Shown here: in pieces, positions 9,645 to 18,273 of the stretch
Layout: every line of letters starts with the position of its first letter
Numbering within the stretch: the stretch's first letter is position 1
Source of the DNA: a candidate division WOR-3 bacterium
GTDB lineage: Bacteria; Hydrothermota; Tepidihabitantia; B3-TA06
Assembly (NCBI GenBank): GCA_965649265.1
Contig: CBFGKC010000001.1
Coordinates: 109,119 to 173,118 of the forward strand
Direction: 5' to 3'
DNA length: 64,000 nucleotides
Translations under genes and position numbers: made by a program
Notes under the pieces: model-generated
Databases searched by the model: none
What the model was told of the DNA's origin: nothing
What the model saw: the letters and a program-made list of their open reading frames with translations, nothing else

Positions 9645-10985
9645 ATGAAATACACCCGTAACACCCGTAACCCCAAATCAATCGTCCTCGCGGTAATGCT
9701 GCCCGCAATCCTCACAGCTTCCTGGCAGAAGCTCAACATACCAACGGATGAGGGTTTTGTAGCCGTATGTGCGCTCAACGAGCAAATCATCTTTGTTTCT
9801 GGAGACGCAGGTCTCTGGAAGACCTTTGATGGCACGAGTTGGGTAATAGATAGCGGTTATCAGTCAAGCATGATCTATTTTGTCAATGACACCTTGGGGT
9901 TCCTTTGGGGCAGTATTATAACGATTGATGGAGGAAAAACCTGGGTTAAAGGCGATACCGTAAACGGCACCGTTGGTCCAATCTCCTTCCCTAAAGGCCA
10001 AAGTGTTATCGGTTACGGCTTGGGTTACGACCATGTGAGCAAGACCACGGACGGCGGCTGGCATTGGAGTGAGCTTTCTCCGTTTCCCGATGTTTACCCC
10101 GGGTTTGACGAGCATGTTAATCCAAAGCATATCTGTTTTCCTTCGGACCCGGACACTGGCTACGTGACTGCAGAGTGCGTGAAAAAGGTGGATGATTCTA
10201 CCTTCGAGCCTCGTATGAGCTACTTCAAGACCACGGATGGAGGCCAAAGCTGGGTGATTAACGAAGAAGTATTATACGACGATCACTTCAATTCCTATCT
10301 TGTTGATTTCCCCGAGAACGCAAGCGTGGGCTATATGTCAGGCAGCTACCTGCAAGGTACAACATGGATTGGTTGTCTCTACAAGACCGTCAACGGCGGA
10401 GCCACCTGGGACACGATATTAGTTGATACCTCGATGTCGATGAATGATATGAGTTTTCCAGAAAACGATCAAGTTGGCTATGTCATTGGTAGTAATAAGG
10501 CATATAAGACCGTCAATGCTGGCGAGACATGGAGAAAACTCGAGTTCGGTCAAGATACAATTTTGCATAACTGTCACTTTGTCGATAACAAATTGGGCTT
10601 CATCACTGGTATTAAAAACGTCGATGTTTGTTTGATGCCTTTCGATCCCGGCTTCGTTCTCAAGACAATCGACGGGTTGATAGGTATAGCCGAGGAGAAT
10701 TGGGTTGACGTGAAGCCGCAGCTAATCGAGTTGAGCACGACCGCTTTCTTTTCGAACGAACTTAAGGTAAGCTACAGCTCAAAATCGCCGGGTTATCTCC
10801 AGGCAAGTGTCTTTGACGCCTCGGGCCGCCAGGTTCGCTCGCTCGAGGGGCAGAACGTCTCAGGCCCCGGAACTATCTCCTTGCCATGCTCGAGTATTTC
10901 CGCGGGCGTCTACTTCGTGAGGGTGGAGTTTCGCTCCACCGGGGGGAATCAAGGCAAGACGCTACGAACCGTAAAGATTCAGTAA
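9645..10985 (+). CDS. YCF48/BNR (Asp-box) repeat protein with T9SS CTD
   Basis: Repeated KT.DGG.TW Asp-box motifs. CTD SVFDASGRQV…AGVYFVRV…TVKIQ. SD AGGAGG. Confidence 0.8.
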   Translation: MKYTRNTRNPKSIVLAVMLPAILTASWQKLNIPTDEGFVAVCALNEQIIFVSGDAGLWKTFDGTSWVIDSGYQSSMIYFVNDTLGFLWGSIITIDGGKTWVKGDTVNGTVGPISFPKGQSVIGYGLGYDHVSKTTDGGWHWSELSPFPDVYPGFDEHVNPKHICFPSDPDTGYVTAECVKKVDDSTFEPRMSYFKTTDGGQSWVINEEVLYDDHFNSYLVDFPENASVGYMSGSYLQGTTWIGCLYKTVNGGATWDTILVDTSMSMNDMSFPENDQVGYVIGSNKAYKTVNAGETWRKLEFGQDTILHNCHFVDNKLGFITGIKNVDVCLMPFDPGFVLKTIDGLIGIAEENWVDVKPQLIELSTTAFFSNELKVSYSSKSPGYLQASVFDASGRQVRSLEGQNVSGPGTISLPCSSISAGVYFVRVEFRSTGGNQGKTLRTVKIQ

Positions 10986-10989
10986 CCAA

Positions 10990-11025
10990 CCCTAAATAAT
11001 CACTCCGTGCTTCTTTGGGGACCCC
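10990..11025. repeat. 14-3-14 hairpin repeat with ACCCC tail
   Basis: CCCTAAATAATCAC-TCC-GTGCTTCTTTGGGG-ACCCC, 4 bp after stop 10985. Confidence 0.7.
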
Positions 11026-11177
11026 CTCCTCTGACAGGCAAAAGAGAAGCGCAATAACGCATCCATCTCGGGCAGGTCGCATGCACTAATGCCTTTTCCG
11101 GAGGCTGTTTTCTTAACAACTCTCTTGGCCTGTAAAGGGAGATCCACGGGCCATGCGGTCGGTCACATATGCCCGAC

Positions 11178-11205
11178 TTGACGCGGCTTAAGACGTTACT
11201 ATAAT
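11178..11205 (+). promoter_or_regulatory. sigma70-type promoter
   Basis: TTGACG-N16-TATAAT. Confidence 0.7.
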
Positions 11206-11308
11206 CTATGTGGAGCCCATGAAAATCTGAAACTACAGATCCATGTGCGTTGAGCACGAGGCAGCCCTGTTCCTGCCTGGGTTACATTGTGCTCAAGAGG
11301 AGGAGCTA

Positions 11309-11872
11309 ATGTCCGAAATAAAGGGCAACTCTCTGGTAGCAATAAACAACTGGCTTGTGGAGCATTTGAAGGGTAAGTATTTCGAATTCCTGAGCCGTAT
11401 GCGCGAACCGGTGGCGCGCACACTCACCGACACCCGGGGGTGGGCATGGTACCCCGTGGCCTACCTCGTAGAAATTTACAACAAGATATCCGAGGAACTC
11501 GGCAACGACAACGGATGCAAGCAAGTGCTCGACGAACTCGGCCGGTATATCGCCGAAGCCGATCTTGCGAACCTTTCAAAGGACGACTGCAGGTTCCTGC
11601 CCATGCCGCGCGTGCTGGCAAGGCTGCCCGGGTTGTGGTCACGCTGCAAGAACTGCGGCCAGCTGGAGGTGCTGAAGGTTGACCCCAAGAGCGGCACGGC
11701 CGAACTCGTTCTTACGGGCTGCGGCGGCGGGCCAATGCACCAGGAGGTCGTCCGCGCCTGGCTCGAGAAAGTGATGGGCCTCATCGGGAACTGCAAGCTC
11801 AACCTCGAGGGGATGAGCTACCCCTGGGAGGCGGGCGACGAGGTCTACTACTGGAGGGTCGATTGGAAATAA
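11309..11872 (+). CDS. V4R/H-NOX-like protein (TIGR02265/DUF2378-like), paralog 2
   Basis: ATG 11309 follows GAGGAGGAG, so the ORF-track start at 11243 is too long. Shares GNS..IN.WL, MR.PVA..LT…GW.WYP, LPMPRVLAR.P.LWSR with 7170..7736. Confidence 0.65.
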   Translation: MSEIKGNSLVAINNWLVEHLKGKYFEFLSRMREPVARTLTDTRGWAWYPVAYLVEIYNKISEELGNDNGCKQVLDELGRYIAEADLANLSKDDCRFLPMPRVLARLPGLWSRCKNCGQLEVLKVDPKSGTAELVLTGCGGGPMHQEVVRAWLEKVMGLIGNCKLNLEGMSYPWEAGDEVYYWRVDWK

Positions 11873-12219
11873 CCCGTAACAAACTTCTCCCAATTAAAAC
11901 CCCGGAGAGGTTTTTATTGGGGCCCCTTATAGACCCCAAAAGAAAGTGTGAATGTTTTTACTGGGCCTTCTTTCTCATCTCGAAAAAAGGCCATTCCTAA
12001 CCTCTTTAACTTCCCTTCCCTCTTCCCTAAAGGGTTGGGAGGAGCTTTTTGAGTACCCCTTAATGATCGCGTTGTGAACCGCTGTTGCTCTGGAGACACA
12101 TAAGGTGTTCTCTTGGGGGCTCCGTATCGACTCCAAAGGAAAACGTTAAGGATTATATTTGGAAACCCTAAAAACGGTAAAGGTGAAATGTCGTAAATGT
12201 ATCCGCGTAGTTAAATTGT

Positions 12220-12325
12220 TTGCGCCCGGCCTCCCCCGGAGGCCACCAATGCCATTCAAAAGTTAATTGGCGGAAGTACATCCACCCCTGGTGGGTCACT
12301 TGCGTCCGGCCTCCCCTGGAGGCCA
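12220..12325. repeat. two 26-bp palindromic direct repeats, 80-bp period
   Basis: TTGCGCCCGGCCTCCCCCGGAGGCCA (12220-12245) and TTGCGTCCGGCCTCCCCTGGAGGCCA (12300-12325). Core GGCCTCC-N3-GGAGGCC. Confidence 0.75.
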
Positions 12326-12331
12326 TTTTCC

Positions 12332-12360
12332 TTGACAACCTCCTCCTCCTCACCTATAAT
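12332..12360 (+). promoter_or_regulatory. consensus sigma70 promoter of the riboswitch-btuB transcript
   Basis: Perfect TTGACA-N17-TATAAT. Confidence 0.85.
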
Positions 12361-12382
12361 CGTCCCGACAACTTGTAGTAAA

Positions 12383-12592
12383 GGCGGAGGCCAGGGAAGG
12401 CCGTGAGAATCGGCCGCGGTGCCGCCACTGTGATCCGGAAACTGCGTTTCCCCCGGGTACCTCTCCTTCATGGAGAGCCACGGGTCGATCGAAACAAGGG
12501 ACCATCCCTCGTTTCTCAAGTCACTTTCTGCCCAAAGCAGATGGGAAGGCTGGAGACGCAGCCAAGCCGGTAAGCCAGGAGACCTATCCGCC
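12383..12592 (+). ncRNA. cobalamin riboswitch
   Basis: AGGGAA…GTGAGAATC…GCGGTGCCGCCACTGTGA…AAGTCACT…GGGAAGGC…AAGCCAGGAGACC (B12 box). P1 is GGCGGA/TCCGCC. Lies upstream of a TonB-dependent receptor. Confidence 0.92.
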
Positions 12593-12667
12593 ACTATCCC
12601 GCATCATCCATTCCGGGCCAGGATGGAGATGTGGTTATCCTCTTATCTTACAACCTGGAGGTTCATC

Positions 12668-14761
12668 ATGCTTAAGGCCCTCATTATTACGTTAATCTTA
12701 AGCCGGAGCCAGGCGCCAGCGGCGGATACCGCCCTTTCAACACATCCCGAAAGAGACGGGCTCCCAATGGTTGCGGTAAAGGCAACTAGGGCGGATACCG
12801 CTCTTCCCGGCATTCCGGCGCTTCCTGCCGTTCCCGGGATGGTGGAGCTTCCCGAGGTCGTGGTAACGGCAACGAGGCTCTCCATGCCCGCATCCCTTTC
12901 CCCGTGGCCGGTCGAGGTAATCCGTCCCGCCGGTAGTATGGAGCTTTCCGGAGCACTCAGGCAGAGCGCCTCTAGCGACGTGCGCGCGTACGGACTCGAA
13001 GGTCAGCCTGCCTACTTTTTCCTCGGGGGCGTGACCTCGACCCGCGTGCTGGTGCTTGCAGACGGGGTTCCGCTCAACTCCCGGACCAACGGCGTTATCG
13101 ATCTCGGAATGCTCGCTCTCTCTCCGGGCTCCCGCATCGAGCTCGTTCGCGGGCCGCTCTCCGCGCTCTACGGCTCGGCCGCCATAGGAGGGGTCATCAA
13201 CGTCATTCCCTCATTCGACGAAGGGTTATCCGCATCTCTCGGACTGGACAGGCTCCTCGGCCTAGAGGCACAGGCGTCCGGGTCGCACAGGTTCGGTCCC
13301 TTGGCAGCCAGGCTTTCCGCATCCTGCCTCTCCTCTCCGGGAATTCGCAGCAACGATTCCACTCAGCGCTACAATGCGGACGCCGGGCTCGAACTCAAGC
13401 TCAAAAACGGCCTTACGCTGGGTGCTGGTCTCGGCTTCACCGACCGCGGCATCGGCGTTCCGGGACCCCAGCCCGACACGTCTCTCGGAATCCCCCGCTT
13501 CGGGGACGCGCTCTCCACCTCCCTCTACGACAAGGAACACGACGACCTCCTCTCCTCAAACCTCAAGGCCTCCTGGAACCCGGTCCCCGGCTTTTCCTCT
13601 GCCCTTAAGCTCTACGGATTGTCGCAGACGGTCATATATGATCAAAGATATGTAAGTTACAATCCTGACTGGACCGAGTACGTCGCTCTCGAGAATGACC
13701 GCTACCTTGACTCGAAGCTCGGGGCCGACCTCCTACTCAGCTCGAAACTCGCATTTCTCAACCTCGCTGCCGGCATAAACGTCGAACGTGAAGGGGTCAA
13801 CGTCTCGAACGTCAGTCGCGACAGCGCCACGCTCGACACAACGTCAAATATTACGTGGGATGCGTCCGATATCCATCTCGGTTCCTGGGTCGAGGGAATC
13901 GCAGAACTCGGCATCTTCACCCCCTCGCTTGCCTTGCGGCTCGACTGGTCGCCGCAGTATGATGCCGCACTCTCGCCCGAGGCTGGACTCGCTGTAACCC
14001 TCATACCAGAGCGCCTTAAGCTCTCGGCAGCATACGGGCAGGCGTTCCGGGCACCAACGTTCAATGACCTTTACTGGCCGTGGATGGGTGACTCCACCCT
14101 CAAGCCCGAGCACGGGCAGACCGCAACCCTTGCCGCCGATGCACAACTCCTCCACTTTCTGTCATTTACAGCTTCAGGTTCGTGGAAGAATATAAGAGAC
14201 ATGATTTCATGGCTTCCCGACTCCGCGGGCGTCTGGAAGGCGACCAACGTGGACAGGGTGCAAATCCTCGGAACCGACGCGACTCTTAAACTTAGAGTCG
14301 CCGACAGCCTCCTCCTTGTTTCCCTCGGCGCCGCCTACAACCACGCACAGGAGACGCGCACCATCGTAACTTACTCAGATGCCACTGGAACCCAGACCTC
14401 GGTCGTAACGCGGCAAGCGGCCTTCATTCCGCCGCTTATGCTCAAGGGCAGCATCACCCTCCGGGCATGGAAGGGCGGCAAGTTATCCACCTCAGCGACT
14501 TGGACCTCATCACGTGTCAACTACTACTCCGACTACTCGGCCTGGCCGGAAGTGGGCGTGCTCACAAAAGCCATAAATCCGTCATTTAAGCTCGACGCCT
14601 CCGTATCCCAGACGTTCCTCAAGCTCCTCACGCTCGAGGCGGGCGTTTCAAACATCCTCGATGACCGAACCGCGGAGCAGTTCGGAACCTATTACACCGA
14701 TCTCAACTATCCCACATCCGGCCGCAACTTGTACGCAAAGCTCTCAGTCAGTTACAGGTAA
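12668..14761 (+). CDS. btuB: TonB-dependent receptor, probable cobalamin transporter
   Basis: ATG 12668 after GGAGG. TonB box EVVVTATR, plug motif RIELVRGPLSALYGSAAIGGVINVI, FRAPTFNDLYWP, C-terminal GRNLYAKLSVSY. Under a B12 riboswitch. Confidence 0.85.
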   Translation: MLKALIITLILSRSQAPAADTALSTHPERDGLPMVAVKATRADTALPGIPALPAVPGMVELPEVVVTATRLSMPASLSPWPVEVIRPAGSMELSGALRQSASSDVRAYGLEGQPAYFFLGGVTSTRVLVLADGVPLNSRTNGVIDLGMLALSPGSRIELVRGPLSALYGSAAIGGVINVIPSFDEGLSASLGLDRLLGLEAQASGSHRFGPLAARLSASCLSSPGIRSNDSTQRYNADAGLELKLKNGLTLGAGLGFTDRGIGVPGPQPDTSLGIPRFGDALSTSLYDKEHDDLLSSNLKASWNPVPGFSSALKLYGLSQTVIYDQRYVSYNPDWTEYVALENDRYLDSKLGADLLLSSKLAFLNLAAGINVEREGVNVSNVSRDSATLDTTSNITWDASDIHLGSWVEGIAELGIFTPSLALRLDWSPQYDAALSPEAGLAVTLIPERLKLSAAYGQAFRAPTFNDLYWPWMGDSTLKPEHGQTATLAADAQLLHFLSFTASGSWKNIRDMISWLPDSAGVWKATNVDRVQILGTDATLKLRVADSLLLVSLGAAYNHAQETRTIVTYSDATGTQTSVVTRQAAFIPPLMLKGSITLRAWKGGKLSTSATWTSSRVNYYSDYSAWPEVGVLTKAINPSFKLDASVSQTFLKLLTLEAGVSNILDDRTAEQFGTYYTDLNYPTSGRNLYAKLSVSYR

Positions 14762-14769
14762 TTGATATA

Positions 14770-14805
14770 CCCCGGGAGAACACCTCGTGTTTTCCCGGGG
14801 CCTCC
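14770..14805. repeat. 14-3-14 hairpin repeat
   Basis: CCCCGGGAGAACAC-CTC-GTGTTTTCCCGGGG-CCTCC, 8 bp after the btuB stop. Confidence 0.75.
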
Positions 14806-14983
14806 TTTACTCACTCCAAAAAACGGGGTAAAAAAGCTGGTCAAAAGTGGGACAAAAGATGGACAAAACAGGGATTTTTGGGTAAAAAAAGGGTAGATTT
14901 CAGGCCAAATTGAGGCAAAAAACTACGTTCAAACGATAGCAGTTTGATTTTGATAGCGGGATTAATTTTTTAAGAAACTGGAA

Positions 14984-15228
14984 TGTCATTGCGAGGGTGC
15001 TTCGAGCAACCGAAGCAATCTATTCACGGAGTGAATGCTCCTTTAATTGGGAGAAGTGGATTGAGCCATGAGATTGCGTCGCTGGCCAGAGGCCGTCTCG
15101 CAAGGACACTGGGGAGGACAACCGTAGGGGGGTCGAGGTTAGCGCCTCAGGCGTTCGCTGCACGTCAGGTCGGCCCGCACAGCCGTCTGTCATTCTGAGG
15201 AGCAACGAAGTTGCGACGTGAGAATCTC
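14984..15228. repeat. cluster of REP-like palindromes
   Basis: TGTCATTGCGAG…GAAGCAATCT (14984), inverted partner AGATTGCGTCG…CTCGCAAGGACA (~15071-15108), GTAGGGG… (15124), TGTCATTCTGAG…GAGAATCTC (15188). Confidence 0.65.
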
Positions 15229-15280
15229 TTTTATGATCTGCCAACACCTTTGGCGTCGGTGTTCAATATGATGGGACATT

Positions 15281-16036
15281 TCATTTGTTCATCACATTTC
15301 TATTAATTCCATATTTATTAAGCCAGATAGTGACATTTGAAACCATCCAACGATTAAAAGGGTTTTCTAAGGAGGGATCAAGAGATTTTAGGCTTTGAAA
15401 AACAGCAATTATATTACTACAGGTAGTGAAGCTTAACGAAGCCATAACATTTAATACGAAGCGAACTTTATTCAAATCTAGAAAAGGCCCCCAATAGATG
15501 AAGTGGCCTTCATCGACCATAAGCATTTTCTTAATCCCATTCCACGTGGGATGGATGCCTAATGTGGATAAATATCCGTAGAGGACCCTTGCACCCTCAG
15601 CAATGCCCTTTGAATGTTCGTCTTCATTTTCTTCCAAGAACTTGCGTATTTCTCCAGGGGAGTATTCTTTTCCGTTCTTCCATTTTTGAATTGCCGATGT
15701 ATTTATCGAAAACATTTTTAGAAGCAAGGAGCTTTCATCAATATCCCTTGCGATCATTAGTGAAGCTTGATAAAATCCCGAGAGAACTAAACTCAAAGAT
15801 ACTGCAAGATCATTGTGTATCCTTGAAATAAGTACCTGGACAACCAGCTCGTCGTCAGTTTTGTGTTTTCGATCAATACCTATCTTTTTAATCCAATCAA
15901 TGGATTCATTCAGAACCTTCAAATGATCTCTGCACTCCTCGTCAGTGCCAATAGCCACAAGGATTTGCTCGCGCATCTTTTTCTCGGCTTCCAATATGCT
16001 CGCAAGTTTTTCCGGCAAGGGTGGGACTATTGCCAT
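15281..16036 (-). CDS. helical HEPN-like / DUF5677-like protein
   Basis: Motifs LVLSGFYQASLMIARDIDE and YGYLSTLGIHP (G.Y..A..(L/I).R…E … Y..LS…HP). Visibly AT-richer than the flanks. SD GAGGAGG. Confidence 0.55.
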   Translation of the reverse strand: MAIVPPLPEKLASILEAEKKMREQILVAIGTDEECRDHLKVLNESIDWIKKIGIDRKHKTDDELVVQVLISRIHNDLAVSLSLVLSGFYQASLMIARDIDESSLLLKMFSINTSAIQKWKNGKEYSPGEIRKFLEENEDEHSKGIAEGARVLYGYLSTLGIHPTWNGIKKMLMVDEGHFIYWGPFLDLNKVRFVLNVMASLSFTTCSNIIAVFQSLKSLDPSLENPFNRWMVSNVTIWLNKYGINRNVMNK

Positions 16037-16065
16037 TTTCTTCCTCCTCTTTTTCGGTTCAGGTT

Positions 16066-16093
16066 ATAGTATATTGCGAGTTGGGAAAGTCAA
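16066..16093 (-). promoter_or_regulatory. sigma70-type promoter of the cassette gene
   Basis: TTGACT-N16-TACTAT. Confidence 0.55.
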
Positions 16094-16199
16094 TGCTTAT
16101 CGGCAAATGGACGGGTGTCGTAGAAATAAAAAAAGGAACATTCCCTGCGGGAATAGATTGCTTCGGTTGCTCGAAGCAACCTCGCAATGACACTATGTT

Positions 16200-18266
16200 T
16201 TATGGGGTCAAGATCAGATACTGGAAGAGCTTTCTGCGCTCCTCCTCGGGCAGGAGGGAGTAGTGCGAGAAGTGCATGGCGAACGATGCGCGGCCCTGGC
16301 TGCGCGAGCGCAGGTTGGTCGCGTAGCCGAAGCTCTCGGCCAGGGGCAGGAAGCCCTTGATGAGCTTCTGTCCCTTGATGTCTTCGAGCTGCTCGATCTT
16401 TCCTCGTCTCGAGCCCAGGTCCGATATGATGTCACCCAGGTACTCCTCGGGCGTGATTATCTCAAGGTCCATTATCGGCTCGAGAAGCGCGGGCGAGGCC
16501 TGTTCGTATGCGTCGCGGAATGCCTGAGCGGCGGCTGCCTTGAAGGCGATGTCGGAGGCCTCCTCCTCCCTGAACTCCACGTCGGTTACGGTCACGCGCA
16601 TGTTGGTCACGGGATACCCGAGAAGGGGCCCGGCGGTGAAGGAGTCCGAAAGGCTCTGTTCGATAGCCTGCAGGAACTCCCGGGGCAGCTCGCTCCGCAA
16701 ACGAATCTTGACGTCCTTGCCGCCCTCGTGCGGCTCGACCTTCACCGTCACGGCGGCGTAGTGATTTTTTGTGCCTATCGCCCTCGCGAACACGGCCTTG
16801 CGCTCGATCTTCTCGGTCACGGTCTCCCTGTATGATACCTGGGGCTTGCCCACGCGCACGGGCACGCGGAACTCGCGCTGCAACCTGTCCGCCAGTATCT
16901 CCAGATGCAGTTCGCCCATGCCGGAGATGAGCGTCTGGCCTGTCTCGGGATCGATGCGGACGCCGAAGGTCGGGTCCTCCAGCTGCAATATCTCGAGCGC
17001 TCTTCCGAGCTTTGCCTCGTCGGCCTTGGTGTGAGGCTCAACCGCCTGGTGGATGACGGGTTCGGGGAAGCGCATGGCCTCGTATGCTATCGGGTGCTTC
17101 TGGTCGGAGAGCGTTGAGCCTGTCGAGACGTGTCGCAGTCCGGATATCAACCCGATCTCGCCCGCCTGGAGCGTCGCGACTTCCTCGAAGTGGTTGGCGT
17201 GCGGAAGGAAGAGCTTCTGCGCGCGCGAACGTTTTGCGCCTGGGAAACCAAGCACCGTCTCTCCCTGCTTGAGCGTCCCCGAGTAGACCCTCGTGAACGC
17301 CAGAGGTCCCATGTGCTGGTCGTAGGCAAGCTTGAACACGAGGCCGGAGAAGGGCTCCCCGGACAGGGGCTTGCGAATCTCGACTTTCGCCTCGTCTTCC
17401 GGATCGTGCCCGGCAAGCGGCGGCACGTCGAGGGGGGAGGGGAGGTAGTCAATGATGGCGTCCAGCAAGGGCTGCACGCCCTTGTTCTTGAGGGCCGATC
17501 CGCAGAGCACGGGCACTATTTTGCCCTCAAGGGTCAACCGCCTCAACGCTTTCTTGAGCGGTGCCGACTCGCTCTTGCGGCCGGCGAGAAAATCTTCTAA
17601 AATCTCCTCTTCCACCTCGCTCGCCTCGTTGACGAGGCGCTCGCGCCAGCGCCTGGCCTCCTCCACCAGCTCCCCGGGAATTTCCTCCACTATGTACTCC
17701 GCTCCCAGAGTCTCGTCCTTCCAGCGCAGCGCCTTCCACTCGACTAAATCCACTATACCCTTGAACCCCTGCTCTGCGCCCCACGGGATCTGGACGGGCA
17801 CGGGCTTCTGCGAAAAGCGCGCCTGCATCATGTCGACGACGCGCTCGAAATCCGCAGCCACGCGGTCCATCTTGTTTACGAGCGCTATCCTTGGAATATG
17901 ATACCTGTCCGCCTGGTGCCACACGGTCTCCGACTGTGGCTCGACGCCCGCGACCGCGTCGAAGATGACCACAGCGCCGTCGAGAACCTTGAGCGAGCGT
18001 TCCACCTCGATAGTGAAATCGACGTGGCCGGGAGTATCAATCACGTTGATGCGGAAATCTTTCCAGTACACAATCGTCGCCGCGGACGTAATGGTGATGC
18101 CCCTTTCACGCTCCTGCTGCATCCAGTCCATGGTGGTCGAACCCTCGTCCACCTCGCCCATCTTGTGAATCCTCTTTGCGTAGTAGAGAATCCTCTCCGT
18201 AGTAGTGGTTTTTCCGGCGTCTATATGCGCGGCTATGCCTATGTTTCGAAGCTTTAAAAGGTCCAT
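16200..18266 (-). CDS. fusA: elongation factor G paralog (atypical domain IV)
   Basis: [41 protein letters not shown]. 688 aa. Not in an rpsL-rpsG-tuf context. Confidence 0.9.
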   Translation of the reverse strand: MDLLKLRNIGIAAHIDAGKTTTTERILYYAKRIHKMGEVDEGSTTMDWMQQERERGITITSAATIVYWKDFRINVIDTPGHVDFTIEVERSLKVLDGAVVIFDAVAGVEPQSETVWHQADRYHIPRIALVNKMDRVAADFERVVDMMQARFSQKPVPVQIPWGAEQGFKGIVDLVEWKALRWKDETLGAEYIVEEIPGELVEEARRWRERLVNEASEVEEEILEDFLAGRKSESAPLKKALRRLTLEGKIVPVLCGSALKNKGVQPLLDAIIDYLPSPLDVPPLAGHDPEDEAKVEIRKPLSGEPFSGLVFKLAYDQHMGPLAFTRVYSGTLKQGETVLGFPGAKRSRAQKLFLPHANHFEEVATLQAGEIGLISGLRHVSTGSTLSDQKHPIAYEAMRFPEPVIHQAVEPHTKADEAKLGRALEILQLEDPTFGVRIDPETGQTLISGMGELHLEILADRLQREFRVPVRVGKPQVSYRETVTEKIERKAVFARAIGTKNHYAAVTVKVEPHEGGKDVKIRLRSELPREFLQAIEQSLSDSFTAGPLLGYPVTNMRVTVTDVEFREEEASDIAFKAAAAQAFRDAYEQASPALLEPIMDLEIITPEEYLGDIISDLGSRRGKIEQLEDIKGQKLIKGFLPLAESFGYATNLRSRSQGRASFAMHFSHYSLLPEEERRKLFQYLILTP

Positions 18267-18273
18267 TGTCGGA

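Larger units (their letters stand above)
14984..16192. mobile_element. putative non-autonomous cassette bounded by 42-bp inverted repeats (GTCATTGCGAG…GAAGCAATCT REP-like type)
   Basis: 14984-15025 and 16151-16192 are reverse complements with one mismatch and enclose an AT-rich gene with its own promoter. No transposase and no target-site duplication seen. Confidence 0.55.

Noticed and set aside
12220-12325. Mini CRISPR array
   Set aside because: Only two repeats, a 54-nt spacer that is itself palindromic, and no cas genes.
12470-12667. N-terminal extension of btuB in the ORF track
   Set aside because: It overlaps the riboswitch. SD and signal peptide support ATG 12668. Extended starts at 11243, 44689, 48739, 50149, 51713 and 60709 were trimmed for similar reasons.
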